A DNA stretch of 64,000 bases from an uncultured virus (IMG/VR IMGVR_UViG_3300033066_001354) (lineage: Duplodnaviria; Heunggongvirae; Uroviricota; Caudoviricetes), in the IMG/VR virus record IMGVR_UViG_3300033066_001354; one strand, 5' to 3'. Under the pieces are notes generated by a model. The model worked only from the letters and a program-made list of their open reading frames with translations, was not told where the DNA came from and ran no database searches. Position 1 is the stretch's first letter. Every line of letters begins with the position of its first letter. Below are positions 46,288 through 55,939 of this stretch, piece after piece. The translations under genes and the position numbers were made by a program.

Positions 46288-47975
46288 AATTCGTCGTCCT
46301 CTTCTTCACTTACTGCTGGCATGACTGATGCAGAAGCTTTAATTTTGGCTATTTCTGACTGTATCACAGTCGTCTTCCGAGGTATGGAAGCATGCCTTGC
46401 CCTGGTAGCCGCCCATTTGCGCATGGTGCTTACTTGTTCTTGCATTTGTACAGAAAGTGGCACGGTTTCAAGAAGCGCCACTAAGATGTCTTTTGTGGTA
46501 ATTTCTCTTTTGTTGTCGTCAAACGCAGTATACATCGCGTCGATGATAGATTGCTCGATTTCAGCCCCAGTAAATCCATCAGAGGAAGCCACAAGCGTGT
46601 CAACTTCGAACGCAGAAGCGTCCCTGTCACGCATCTGAAGGTGTATCTCAAATATTTCTTTCCGCTCGTTGGCTTGCGGCAAATCGACAAAGAAAATCTC
46701 GTCGAACCTGCCTTTTCGTATTAACTCGGGCGGCAAAGCAGTGATGTCATTGGCAGTCCCAAAAATGATGACTGGCTTGGTCTTCATTTGTAGCCATGTC
46801 AAAAATGTGGCGAACACTCTGGCTGTCGTACCACCGTCAGTCTGATTGCTGCTTCCCGTACCGCTGAATCCCTTTTCCAATTCGTCAATCCACAAAATAC
46901 AAGGTGCCAGAGCTTCGGCAATTTTTATAGCAGCGCGAATGTTGCTCTCGGTGGTACCTAAGTTTGAAGAAAACATTGTGCCGACATCGAGCCGTAAAAG
47001 AGGTAGTTCGTAATACGCCGCCATAGCCTCTGCCAATTTGCTCTTACCGCATCCTTGTATCCCAAAGGCCAAGACACCTTTAGGCGATTCTGGAAGCCCG
47101 TAGTCACGCGCCTCTTGACCAAAAGCGTTTTTGCGACGAGTCAGCCATTTTTTAAATTCAGACTGTCCACCAACATGGTCTATGTTGATTGTCACATCGC
47201 GCCAATCTAACATTCCCGAAGCACGAATAATTTCTCGTTTTCGAGAAGCCATGAACATCGGGCTCAATTTGTCTTGGGTCAAAATGACATAACTGTTCAA
47301 CAACTCGATTTCAGTCAGTGTCAGACCTTGTAAAGAACTGACTATCTCTTCTTTTTCTTCTTTGTCATAGTTTGTTTGAAAATGACTGAGGTCATTGCGC
47401 TTTTGTACGCTGTCCAGCATCTTTTCAACTTGGTCAGAAATATGTTCTCTTTCGGGCAACGGCCAGTCTATAATTGTGGTGATTTTTTCAAGTTCTGGCG
47501 GCAAATTTAACGTAATGCCAAGAACAATGATACACTTGTGTTTGTACTTGTATTTTTGACACATGTTCCGTATTTGTCGGACAACTTGTTTTTCCATTTG
47601 GTCTGAAGAGTCTTCAGAGCCAAAAAACTTCTGATAGTCTTTCAACACCAGAATGGTGTAACTTTCGTCAGAGCCATCGTCCAGTCCGTCGCTGATACTG
47701 TCGAACCATGTCAAGATTCCCAACTGGTCTGCTGCTTCACCGTTCTGTGGAAGTGTCGCCTTGGGGTTGTTGGAAACGACGCTCCCTGTTACGTCCCAGC
47801 CGTACATAGTCCACTGCTCGTTCTTGTTCTTGCGCTCACAAATACGTTCAAGGGCAGACCATACACGCTCCTCTTCGTGTGTGCAAATATAAATCAAAGG
47901 ACGATTGGAACGAATTTGCCAATCAACCTCTTTCATGCACTGTCTGTGCTGGGAAACTTTCTCTACAACTGACAC
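46284..47975 (-). CDS. AAA+ ATPase (Ycf46-like)
   Basis: P.IYI.T.EE.R, LPPELEK, VGG...FK.WL, PKGVL..G.QGCGKS, LWIDELEK, LPPEL.RKGRFDE.FFVDLP; start reassigned to GTG 47975. Confidence 0.85.
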   Translation of the reverse strand: MSVVEKVSQHRQCMKEVDWQIRSNRPLIYICTHEEERVWSALERICERKNKNEQWTMYGWDVTGSVVSNNPKATLPQNGEAADQLGILTWFDSISDGLDDGSDESYTILVLKDYQKFFGSEDSSDQMEKQVVRQIRNMCQKYKYKHKCIIVLGITLNLPPELEKITTIIDWPLPEREHISDQVEKMLDSVQKRNDLSHFQTNYDKEEKEEIVSSLQGLTLTEIELLNSYVILTQDKLSPMFMASRKREIIRASGMLDWRDVTINIDHVGGQSEFKKWLTRRKNAFGQEARDYGLPESPKGVLAFGIQGCGKSKLAEAMAAYYELPLLRLDVGTMFSSNLGTTESNIRAAIKIAEALAPCILWIDELEKGFSGTGSSNQTDGGTTARVFATFLTWLQMKTKPVIIFGTANDITALPPELIRKGRFDEIFFVDLPQANERKEIFEIHLQMRDRDASAFEVDTLVASSDGFTGAEIEQSIIDAMYTAFDDNKREITTKDILVALLETVPLSVQMQEQVSTMRKWAATRARHASIPRKTTVIQSEIAKIKASASVMPAVSEEEDDEL

Positions 47976-47982
47976 ATTTGTG

Positions 47983-48855
47983 TTATAGTGCGCCAGATGA
48001 TTTATCAGCAACCAATTCCTTGTATTTTGGCAAAGGTTTCCCGCGATAGTCATTGTCACGCCACCAGCTTTCAACCTCGAAAGCTTTCGTAACGTCTGAG
48101 TACAAATCGCGCCAGTCCAAAAGCTCATAGCTAGACGGATAGGGGGAGTTGATGATAGACTTGAGAAAAATGCGCTTAGCTTCTCCACGGTCGCTTTGTA
48201 ACAAAATTAAAAGTCTTTGTCGCACAGCTTCAATCAGACGGTTTCTGTCAACGCCCTTCACACAAACCATGTACGTGGCTGTGATTGGAATGCCGAACTG
48301 TGCGAAAACTTCGATATCTTTGCCGCCCGAAAAAGCCTCTGTCAGTTCATCGAGCAAAGAAGACTCGTCCACCACTCTCTGGATTTTTTCGCCCTCGACA
48401 AGAGGTAAAATCTCATCCTGATAGTAGTAGTTAATCACTCGTAACACTGTGTGCGGAGTAAAATATCCAAATTTACGTTTAATCAAGTCTCTATGCACAA
48501 AAGCCCAGTCTATGAATTTTTTAGTCCACTCGTTTTTATCCAATCCGTTGGAATTAAAGAAACGCAACATTTCTTGAAACGCCGTACCGTCAGCACGGTA
48601 CACACGTCTGTAGTTGCCACCCAAAACTTCTTGAAACTTGTTGGCAAAATAGTCCACGAAGTCTTTTGAAGTCCAGTCTGTGACATCTGACCTTTCTTTA
48701 GTGCCAACGTCTGAAATTGTCAACTGCCCATCTTTTTTGCCACGCTTTTTGGACTGTATCGGATGCAGCAACTGCCCCTCGGCAGGAACTGGAGAAGTCA
48801 GAATCCTGTTGATTATTTCTCGCACTGTTTCATCGACTTTGGGTTTTCTCGACAT
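47983..48855 (-). CDS. Hypothetical protein in the replication operon
   Basis: 290-aa ORF translationally coupled to its upstream neighbour. Confidence 0.55.
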   Translation of the reverse strand: MSRKPKVDETVREIINRILTSPVPAEGQLLHPIQSKKRGKKDGQLTISDVGTKERSDVTDWTSKDFVDYFANKFQEVLGGNYRRVYRADGTAFQEMLRFFNSNGLDKNEWTKKFIDWAFVHRDLIKRKFGYFTPHTVLRVINYYYQDEILPLVEGEKIQRVVDESSLLDELTEAFSGGKDIEVFAQFGIPITATYMVCVKGVDRNRLIEAVRQRLLILLQSDRGEAKRIFLKSIINSPYPSSYELLDWRDLYSDVTKAFEVESWWRDNDYRGKPLPKYKELVADKSSGAL

Positions 48856-49598
48856 CAGAACATAGCCTCTGCTTCTTTTTCAGCCTCAAGTTGAAGCGCC
48901 TTACATTCATCATACCCTATTTCTCTGACGAGCGACTTGCCATAGTCGTCTGGATTGTCGTTCTGTACGTATAGAATTTTACTGGCGTTCTTGCCAAAAA
49001 TATCGCCCATGTGTGTTGCAAAAATAACCTGTCTTCCTGTGACATCCTGAATGGCGTGCAACCACTTGGCGACTTGATAGATTTTTGCGTCCTTGGACAT
49101 ACTTTTGAACGTTTCGTCTAACAACATAGGGCCTTCGTATTGAAGCCAGTCAAGGGCCCCAAACTGAAGAGACGTGGCAGACACTTCGATGCCACCGCCG
49201 CCTCTGCTGCCGAACAACTTCGTCACCAACGGTTTGTTCTTTTTGCCATATGGCGACAACATTTGAACTTCCATCTTAAAGCTGTTGGAGCCCGCCTTGC
49301 GCACGTCTTCGAAATCATAAAATTGAATCGAATACCCATCGCCGTACATCATCTTTAGCGCGGCAGAACCAATGTTCTCAATCGCGCTCACAGCTTGTTT
49401 TCTTCGATTAGTGATTTCAGCAAGTAAAAACAGGTGAGCTTTTTCAGACTGTTGCTTTGTTTTCTGTGCCTCAATCAACAAATCCGTCTCTTCTTTTTTG
49501 CTTTTGAGCAATTGGTTGCGCACGCCACGCTGTTCGTGTAGCGTAGTGCGCAACTTCACTAGTTTGTCCCTTGTGCTTTCCCAACGGAGTGTCATCAA
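48855..49598 (-). CDS. SbcC/Rad50-like ATPase, C-terminal half
   Basis: Coiled coil, then signature-like SRGGG, Walker B MLLDE, H-loop IFATH. Confidence 0.85.
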   Translation of the reverse strand: MMTLRWESTRDKLVKLRTTLHEQRGVRNQLLKSKKEETDLLIEAQKTKQQSEKAHLFLLAEITNRRKQAVSAIENIGSAALKMMYGDGYSIQFYDFEDVRKAGSNSFKMEVQMLSPYGKKNKPLVTKLFGSRGGGGIEVSATSLQFGALDWLQYEGPMLLDETFKSMSKDAKIYQVAKWLHAIQDVTGRQVIFATHMGDIFGKNASKILYVQNDNPDDYGKSLVREIGYDECKALQLEAEKEAEAMF

Positions 49599-49846
49599 CT
49601 CACCTTTTGTGCTTCATTCAATTCTTCTTCTAGTTGAGTAATCAAAACTTCGCCCTTAGACTCTTGTTCTTGAATGTATTTGTCAAGCTCCTGAATCGAA
49701 ACACCAAATTTATCCACGCTTTGCTTTTCATACTCAAGTCTTTTTGGCTTTAGTTCACTTAGCTGCTTTTTTCTTAACCCAACTTCGATTTCTGCTTGTT
49801 TAATAGCTTCTTCGGCTTCTTGTAAACGTTCTTCTAAAGTTTTCAT
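49595..49846 (-). CDS. Small coiled-coil protein in the SbcCD cluster
   Basis: 83 aa, heptad-rich; ATGA overlaps on both sides. Confidence 0.65.
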   Translation of the reverse strand: MKTLEERLQEAEEAIKQAEIEVGLRKKQLSELKPKRLEYEKQSVDKFGVSIQELDKYIQEQESKGEVLITQLEEELNEAQKVS

Positions 49847-50826
49847 ATTGATTTCTTCTTCATCTTTTCATCATTGACGAATTTCACCGTCTCGATTGCT
49901 AGTTCCACAATTTCAACGTCTATCTGTTTGATTTTTCCAGACGCCCTTAAACTGTCGTATTTATCCTCTGCATCGCTCCAAGAAGCGACTTGTGTGACAC
50001 GCTGGATGTATTCCTTGGTGTCGATTTCTGTCTTTTTTCGTTCCTGAATTTGCTCCACTCTGAATATGTCTTCAGGTGGTGCAGAGCGAGATAAAGTAAT
50101 GTATTTTTGGCGGTATTCCGAACAATCGCTGTTGTACTCCAGCAAGAGGACTTTAGGGACTCGGGACATGTTTTCTTTTGTCGCCCTTTCTCGTCCCACA
50201 TTACCGGGATTGATAAAGATTTTGCCGTCCTTGCGAAAACTTTCCATAGGAAAGTGGATATGTCCCGCAATGATGAATTTAGTAGCCTTGTTCATCGGCA
50301 ATTCGTCAAAGACGACATAATCACCGTGATAGGGAGACAGCACCACACTGGCATGCACGACGACAATGGGCATCTGGGTGTCTTGTAAAAGCCCTTCCTT
50401 CATTTCATTGACCAGTGTGCTTCTAAAATGCCCAAAGTACAAGCCCAAGCTTTCGTCTTCGTCCACCATCTCAACCACCTTGGCTGTCAAAAGGGTGCCC
50501 AAAGAAGACTTTTTCAAGTTCTGTATGTTGTGGTCAACATCATGATTACCGACGCACACCAATTTTCGAAACGGCCAGGGTTTTTCGTCCTTGTCGGCCA
50601 TAAAAACTCGCAATGCTGCGTTGCGACACCAAGGACTGACTTCGATTCTGTTGAACACGTCTCCAAGGAACACAACAGCGTCACACTTGTATTGCCTTCC
50701 TATTTCTAACGACTCTTGCAACTCATCAATCGTCGCTTCCAAATAGTTATCACGACGACTTGGTGGAGTTATGTTGTCAATATGGTTGTCACCAACGAAC
50801 AGCACTCTGTTTAGTTTGTCGCTCAT
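49843..50826 (-). CDS. sbcD: SbcD/Mre11-like metallophosphoesterase nuclease
   Basis: GDNH, GDVF, GNHD, VVH, GHIH, NPG. Confidence 0.88.
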   Translation of the reverse strand: MSDKLNRVLFVGDNHIDNITPPSRRDNYLEATIDELQESLEIGRQYKCDAVVFLGDVFNRIEVSPWCRNAALRVFMADKDEKPWPFRKLVCVGNHDVDHNIQNLKKSSLGTLLTAKVVEMVDEDESLGLYFGHFRSTLVNEMKEGLLQDTQMPIVVVHASVVLSPYHGDYVVFDELPMNKATKFIIAGHIHFPMESFRKDGKIFINPGNVGRERATKENMSRVPKVLLLEYNSDCSEYRQKYITLSRSAPPEDIFRVEQIQERKKTEIDTKEYIQRVTQVASWSDAEDKYDSLRASGKIKQIDVEIVELAIETVKFVNDEKMKKKSI

Positions 50827-52037
50827 GTCTTACACTCGTCCATCGCTTTGGGACGCTGGCACACGCCACACCACACTCCGGCTGCTTTCATTTCAGCGAC
50901 GATTGATGTCTTTTCTTTGTTCTTGTCATCAATCTTGACGCTCCAGTCTGAAAGTTCTTTGTTTATTCTGCGACCTGTTTCCATAATAGTTTCGTGGTGC
51001 CTTTTAAGAGTGACAGCCTCTTGCCGTTTAGACAACAGATTTTTAACTTCTTCGCACAAAGCGCTGTTTTTGTCATTGCAAACGCCCTCAGACACGCGCA
51101 GGGCATCCCTAGCCTCAGCGTCAAGAGAAACCAGATTTTTGTACTCTACACGGATGCGTTTAGCATGTGTAACGTCGTTCAACAATGATTTGACAGGTGT
51201 GAGTTTGTCAGCAAAAACAGCTAATTTGTCAGCTTGTTTCAGCGCCGCGTTAGCAGTTCTGCCAATGACCATCAAGTCTTCGTAGTTGTCTTTTAACCGC
51301 TTTGCTGCGGACACCGTTTCTGAGATTTCGTCTATTTGAGAAGACAATCTTTCCATTTGCTCAAGGCGTTTTAAGTTCTCATCAAGATTGTCGAACGGCT
51401 TTAACTGAGTGTCGTAATGCTCTATTCTTTTTGTGCTGTCCTTAATTTGCTTGTTGGCAGAATTTGTTTTTTTGTTCAAAAGCTCTGCCGCTTCTTCAAA
51501 ATCGTCGATTCCAGTCAGCCTCGAAATGGCTCTTGGCAACTCAGTGTGCGACAAGGTGACCAAAAACAACGGCTGATGTTGGTCAGCATACGAAATAGGG
51601 CCACTTTCATCGTCGATTGGCGGGTTGCCAAGAACCTTCAAAGCTTCTGGGGGGAGCGTCGTGCCTATCCTGTCGCGACCGTCTTCATAACCGTCTTTGT
51701 CCCTGTACGTGACGGCGTTCCTGTTTTCTCCTTTGATTCGACAAAAATAACTACCATCGTTCCACCATAAGTGAACACGAGCCTCGTCAGCGTCCACACG
51801 AACAAAATCGTCACCTCGGGGTTCATTGTGCAAAGCCCAATTTATGGCTCGAAGGATGGCTGATTTACCAGCCTCGCTTGAGCCCACAATCAGATTAATG
51901 CCAGGTGTCAAATCGAACTCAGTGTCTTCATGAGACTGAAAATTTTCGATTCTGACTTTGGTTATATATCGTTGTTGAATTAGATTCAGGTCAAAACTCC
52001 TCGTCACGCAAACATATGGACGCAACCACACCACCAA
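50823..52037 (-). CDS. SbcC/Rad50-like ATPase, N-terminal half ending at the zinc hook
   Basis: IENFQSH, GSSEAGKSAI.RA, Q-loop DQH, coiled coil, terminal CGVCQRP. Start uncertain; CTG at 51989 follows a GAGGAG SD. Confidence 0.88.
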   Translation of the reverse strand: MVVWLRPYVCVTRSFDLNLIQQRYITKVRIENFQSHEDTEFDLTPGINLIVGSSEAGKSAILRAINWALHNEPRGDDFVRVDADEARVHLWWNDGSYFCRIKGENRNAVTYRDKDGYEDGRDRIGTTLPPEALKVLGNPPIDDESGPISYADQHQPLFLVTLSHTELPRAISRLTGIDDFEEAAELLNKKTNSANKQIKDSTKRIEHYDTQLKPFDNLDENLKRLEQMERLSSQIDEISETVSAAKRLKDNYEDLMVIGRTANAALKQADKLAVFADKLTPVKSLLNDVTHAKRIRVEYKNLVSLDAEARDALRVSEGVCNDKNSALCEEVKNLLSKRQEAVTLKRHHETIMETGRRINKELSDWSVKIDDKNKEKTSIVAEMKAAGVWCGVCQRPKAMDECKT

Positions 52038-52521
52038 AATATTGGTTCAGCAAAGCCCGTCTAGCGTCACACATGTTAATGTCATAGTCCATTCCGTTGA
52101 AAATTGACACACCTGTAATGTGGATTTTTGGTATTTGTATCACTGGAGCTTTCTCGATGCATTCACAAGCGACGTTCCCAGTAACAAAATAACGGTGACA
52201 ATTAACACATTGAATTTGCTTCGAGTCAAGTAAAGGCACCGCGTATAGACAATCTGCCTCTGGCAATGCATGCCTAGCCACAGTCAGTGTGAAAAAGCCG
52301 ACCAAGAAGCCGTCAAGCTTGTTGTATTGCTTAGAATGCAGACTCCCGATTTTTTGACCACGGTATGTCACGGACGCTGACGGCGACAGTGTTGCGCTGG
52401 ACAAAGCATCCCTGTCGAATATAAGTTTCGTACAATCGACCGTACTGGCACGCATGAGCCATGTCATACCGTGGTCTTCCTCAAGGTGTACGTTGCCTGG
52501 ATTGTGCGTTTCTTGAGTCAA
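51991..52521 (-). CDS. Hypothetical protein
   Basis: 176-aa ORF with CVNC...CEC; GAGGAG SD. Confidence 0.5.
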   Translation of the reverse strand: MTQETHNPGNVHLEEDHGMTWLMRASTVDCTKLIFDRDALSSATLSPSASVTYRGQKIGSLHSKQYNKLDGFLVGFFTLTVARHALPEADCLYAVPLLDSKQIQCVNCHRYFVTGNVACECIEKAPVIQIPKIHITGVSIFNGMDYDINMCDARRALLNQYFGGVVASICLRDEEF

Positions 52522-52581
52522 TATGTCTCCTCTTGTACAAGGTGTAGGGCGCTGAATTCACAAATTAGAACATAAGGCCAT

Positions 52582-52770
52582 ATGGAAGTGTACGTTAAAG
52601 TTGATAAACAGTTTCTTGTAGAGGAACTTTACAGGCTCAAGAAGCATGTTCCTGCTGAAGAGACCGAGGCAAGAAAGGTGTTGCAAGAAATTTTGGAATA
52701 TGTCAACACAGCCACTGTTCTTGACGACCCTAAGTCAAAACTACCAGGTTTGAAAGGAATGAGAGGATGA
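52582..52770 (+). CDS. Small hypothetical protein
   Basis: 62 aa; AAGG SD; overlaps the next start. Confidence 0.5.
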   Translation: MEVYVKVDKQFLVEELYRLKKHVPAEETEARKVLQEILEYVNTATVLDDPKSKLPGLKGMRG

Positions 52771-53201
52771 AAAAACTTGCGCAAGAACTGAGCGTCCTTT
52801 TAGGACTGATTGACGAGCACGAGTCACAAGAAAGATTCGAGCAGTCAGACGCCGCGCACAATTCTCTCGTAAAATTGGCGCAACAAGCCCAAGGCAACGC
52901 ATACAACACATTTGACATGTCGGGCATACCCCCAGCCATTTCAGCTATGTTGGCAAATTTGAATTATAAAGTCACCCAACTCACCAACACACAACAACAA
53001 ATGGCTCAACAAATGGGCGGCGTCACAGGCACGCCTCCAAAACAACAGCAGCAACAGCAAAACCCTGACGCCCAATATGCGGCGCAACAATTCCAAAACA
53101 CGAATCAGAACCCAATCACTCCTAACACAGTGAACTATGTGCAGACACCAGGTTCAAACCCGGCACCTATTCAAGTGGACGACGGCGAGATTAATGTATA
53201 A
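52767..53201 (+). CDS. Gln-rich hypothetical protein with degenerate D..E.FEQSD motif
   Basis: 144 aa; N-terminal motif like those at 6.1-10.4 kb. Confidence 0.55.
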   Translation: MKKLAQELSVLLGLIDEHESQERFEQSDAAHNSLVKLAQQAQGNAYNTFDMSGIPPAISAMLANLNYKVTQLTNTQQQMAQQMGGVTGTPPKQQQQQQNPDAQYAAQQFQNTNQNPITPNTVNYVQTPGSNPAPIQVDDGEINV

Positions 53202-53208
53202 ATAGAAC

Positions 53209-53496
53209 GTGGAACTCAAAAGACTACAAGAATTACAGCAAAAGCAAGACCCTTGCATGAACGATATCCTTGAGATTGCGGCGGAAAACATCTTGACCAC
53301 CAGCAAGCACAGCAAAGAAATCAAAAACCTACTGAAAGAATTGATAGAAAAACTTGAGGATGTTTCAACCCGTATCACTGCTTTAGAGTCCAAGCAGTCA
53401 AACATATTTCAAATCGAAGTAGACGAGGAGAGCGACGAAGCCTCAGAAAGAGACCTGTCGCTCGAAGAAGAGGTCGAATTGTCGGAAGACGATTAA
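53209..53496 (+). CDS. Acidic coiled-coil hypothetical protein
   Basis: 95-aa ORF. Confidence 0.5.
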   Translation: MELKRLQELQQKQDPCMNDILEIAAENILTTSKHSKEIKNLLKELIEKLEDVSTRITALESKQSNIFQIEVDEESDEASERDLSLEEEVELSEDD

Positions 53497-54323
53497 AAAA
53501 CGTCGCCTAAGTTCATAGTAAACTTAAACTCGGTGTCACACTCGAAACAACCGAACATCGCCTCGCCCATCGGATAGATTTTTTCACAACGGCACGATGG
53601 ACAAAGGATTGTCAAATGTCCTTGGTCGTTGTAATACCAGTTGGTCTCTTCTTGAGACACCAGCTTGTCGGCCATCAAAATTGAATCTTCACTGACGACA
53701 CCTTTCGTTGTGTCAAAATTCTGAGACACGATGCCAAGGGCACGCATGCCTTCCACACTCAATTCGCCAGCTTCCGCAGCGTCGTCAATCATGTCGATGA
53801 CCTCGGCGTCAAAAGTTCGAACATCGCCGTCTTCATCCTCAATGGTGAACGCTTCAGTGGAACGCTTGTCAATACTGGACTCGATAGCCTCTGCCAACAT
53901 TTTTGTCCTGTTGTCATGCACCTCGTTGCCAGTCTTGGCATATCCTTCGATAGAGGTTCCACGGTTCTTCACTTCTTCGTCGTTCGTCAGACGAAAAGTC
54001 CTCGGGGTTTGTACAGTGTTCGTTCCGGCATACAAGTCCAGAGCCTTGTCCAGACTCTCTTCTGGAGTACCGGGCAACAAAGCGGCTTGAATACAAGCTG
54101 TCGCAAAACGCTTTGCAGCAAGAATGCCGTCTTCTGGCATGACACCAACCTTGTCGCGCATTTGAGACCACATAAAGACCAACCTTTCAACATTTTGTGG
54201 CTCCATTTGCTCCGCCTCTGTGCTTAAAGTGTTGGTGAACGCAATTTTTCCGCGCTTAAGATTCGGGTCTAACGTCTTGTCGGCCAATTCTTCTTCTGTC
54301 AATTTGATTGTGACGCTGCTCAT
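53493..54323 (-). CDS. Hypothetical protein with C-terminal Zn ribbon
   Basis: Likely start MSSVTIK at 54323; CPSC...CFEC. Confidence 0.55.
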   Translation of the reverse strand: MSSVTIKLTEEELADKTLDPNLKRGKIAFTNTLSTEAEQMEPQNVERLVFMWSQMRDKVGVMPEDGILAAKRFATACIQAALLPGTPEESLDKALDLYAGTNTVQTPRTFRLTNDEEVKNRGTSIEGYAKTGNEVHDNRTKMLAEAIESSIDKRSTEAFTIEDEDGDVRTFDAEVIDMIDDAAEAGELSVEGMRALGIVSQNFDTTKGVVSEDSILMADKLVSQEETNWYYNDQGHLTILCPSCRCEKIYPMGEAMFGCFECDTEFKFTMNLGDVF

Positions 54324-54333
54324 TTCGTTGGTT

Positions 54334-55149
54334 TTATACAACAAACACGAAACGCAATTCCAGTGGATAGCAGTATCCGCCTGGTAAAACTGTCTCAAAA
54401 GCAAAAAGACCACCGGGTGGAATCGAAACCTCATACACCGCCCAGCGACCACGAGCGGGTATCATTGGTGAGACCTTGACACCATCTTTAGAAACGAAAG
54501 GCAGTGACAGCCTGCCGCCTCTTGGAGACATCACGATTCTTAACAGGACGGCTTTTGACAAAGGGTGTGTAAATCGGTATCGAAAAGTAGTGCCATAATC
54601 GCCGTCAATCATACCGTCGCGTTTTGTGCCTATGCGAAGTTTTTGATATGTGGGACTATAAGACACGTCAAGAGACTCTGTGACGTTTGAAGATTCTTTA
54701 ACTTTATAGGACAAATTTTGCGTAGTGTCTCCTAAATAAGACACTACCTCCGTTGATTCCAGGGTCACACAGTCACACATTCCAGAAACAGTGTAACCAG
54801 GCTTTAACATAATTTCCAGCTTTGCCCCACCTTCTTTGTCTGTCGGTTTGGAGTTCAGGAAATTCACAGCACCAGTCGTTCCCGCCGTGGCGGGAGACTC
54901 AGACACTCCGTAGCCAAACTTAAATTCTTTTAGATTGTTCTTAAAGTGAATCACGAAAGGCTGTTGTCTGTGCGTTTTGTTCACAAAATGAAAGAACACG
55001 CGAGTCTTTTGCGCCGAAGTTGGTGTCACAAACCTTGCGACCGTACCAATAGACCTGACAGACTCTGGATAATTCAAGTAGTACAAACGCTCTGTGAAAA
55101 TAGGGCGCGGAGCCCACAACATACCTATCAAAAGAGCGCTGAACAACAT
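54334..55149 (-). CDS. Putative exported protein
   Basis: Hydrophobic N-terminus; NYPE, RVFFHFVN, GDYG..F, SPRGG motifs. Confidence 0.55.
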   Translation of the reverse strand: MLFSALLIGMLWAPRPIFTERLYYLNYPESVRSIGTVARFVTPTSAQKTRVFFHFVNKTHRQQPFVIHFKNNLKEFKFGYGVSESPATAGTTGAVNFLNSKPTDKEGGAKLEIMLKPGYTVSGMCDCVTLESTEVVSYLGDTTQNLSYKVKESSNVTESLDVSYSPTYQKLRIGTKRDGMIDGDYGTTFRYRFTHPLSKAVLLRIVMSPRGGRLSLPFVSKDGVKVSPMIPARGRWAVYEVSIPPGGLFAFETVLPGGYCYPLELRFVFVV

Positions 55150-55276
55150 CGCTGCACCACTGCAATTTTTTTTGCAGACAATGGTTCATTATGAAATTTT
55201 GTTATGAATCCTATGCGCTCTACAAGTATATTTGCATATTTTCAAACAATGTCCGACACATGTATAATCATACAAA

Positions 55277-55879
55277 ATGTCAAGCACGAAATCCCCCCGA
55301 TGCCCAGAATATAACGCAGTCTTGGAAGCTCTCGAAAAAGACTGCCTCCTATCGACAAATTTGTACGGTTTTAAAGACAAGCCGTTTAATGAAGTCCAGA
55401 AGTCCGTAAAAGCGATTGTGGCTGACATGCTCAGTATCTTTGAAGCCAAGGACACCGATTATGCGGCAAACGGCAAACCAATGGGAAATTTACGCTCGTC
55501 TGAAGATTTGGGAATCCCAGCGTGGAAGGGGACTCTTTTAAGGATGAGCGACAAAAAACAGCGCATCATGTCTTTCGCAGAACGCGGAGAATTTCAAGTC
55601 AAAGACGAACAAATCGCTGACACGTTGAAAGATTTGGCAAACTATGCGTGCCTCGCTTCAGTTTTGTTCGGTGAGGCTTACCCTAAAAAGAGGTTCGGCC
55701 GAGGCTATAAACCATCAGAGGTGATGCGTCATTTACACATGCTTGCCTTGCGCTCGATACATTGCAAAGCCCTGTCAGAATGTGCCACTACGCATAACGT
55801 CGTATCGTGGAGAGAGCAACCTTTACAAGACCTTTTGTCACATTTTGAAGCAATAGCAGAATTTGCACGAAGCAACTGA
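55277..55879 (+). CDS. DUF1599-like nucleotide-modification-associated domain protein
   Basis: K..DYA....P..N....G...RMSDK..RI...VKDE...DTL.DLANYA. Confidence 0.75.
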   Translation: MSSTKSPRCPEYNAVLEALEKDCLLSTNLYGFKDKPFNEVQKSVKAIVADMLSIFEAKDTDYAANGKPMGNLRSSEDLGIPAWKGTLLRMSDKKQRIMSFAERGEFQVKDEQIADTLKDLANYACLASVLFGEAYPKKRFGRGYKPSEVMRHLHMLALRSIHCKALSECATTHNVVSWREQPLQDLLSHFEAIAEFARSN

Positions 55880-55900
55880 CAAGTGTTGACAGGTTGAAAG

Positions 55901-55939
55901 AGCCTTAATCTTGTAAAAAGGATTAGGGCTTTTTCTTTT
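55901..55939 (+). terminator. Possible intrinsic terminator overlapping a CAGGTT-N17-GTAA promoter candidate (55890-55916)
   Basis: AGCCTTAATCTT/AGGATTAGGGCT stem plus TTTTTCTTT. Confidence 0.5.

Noticed and set aside
47976..48188. N-terminal extensions given in the ORF track (e.g. AAA ATPase to 48188; also 11503, 43961, 54452)
   Set aside because: They overlap neighbouring genes; downstream starts fit SD, promoter or stop-start coupling better.
536..51770. Many antisense or nested ORFs in the track (e.g. 1906-2655, 5996-6658, 36663-37190, 43955-44596)
   Set aside because: They are shadows of well-supported genes, with Ser/Phe-rich composition and no motifs.
48855..52037. Pseudogenised (frameshifted) sbcC
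   Set aside because: The halves are separated by two intact coupled genes and keep their motifs, consistent with a functional split.
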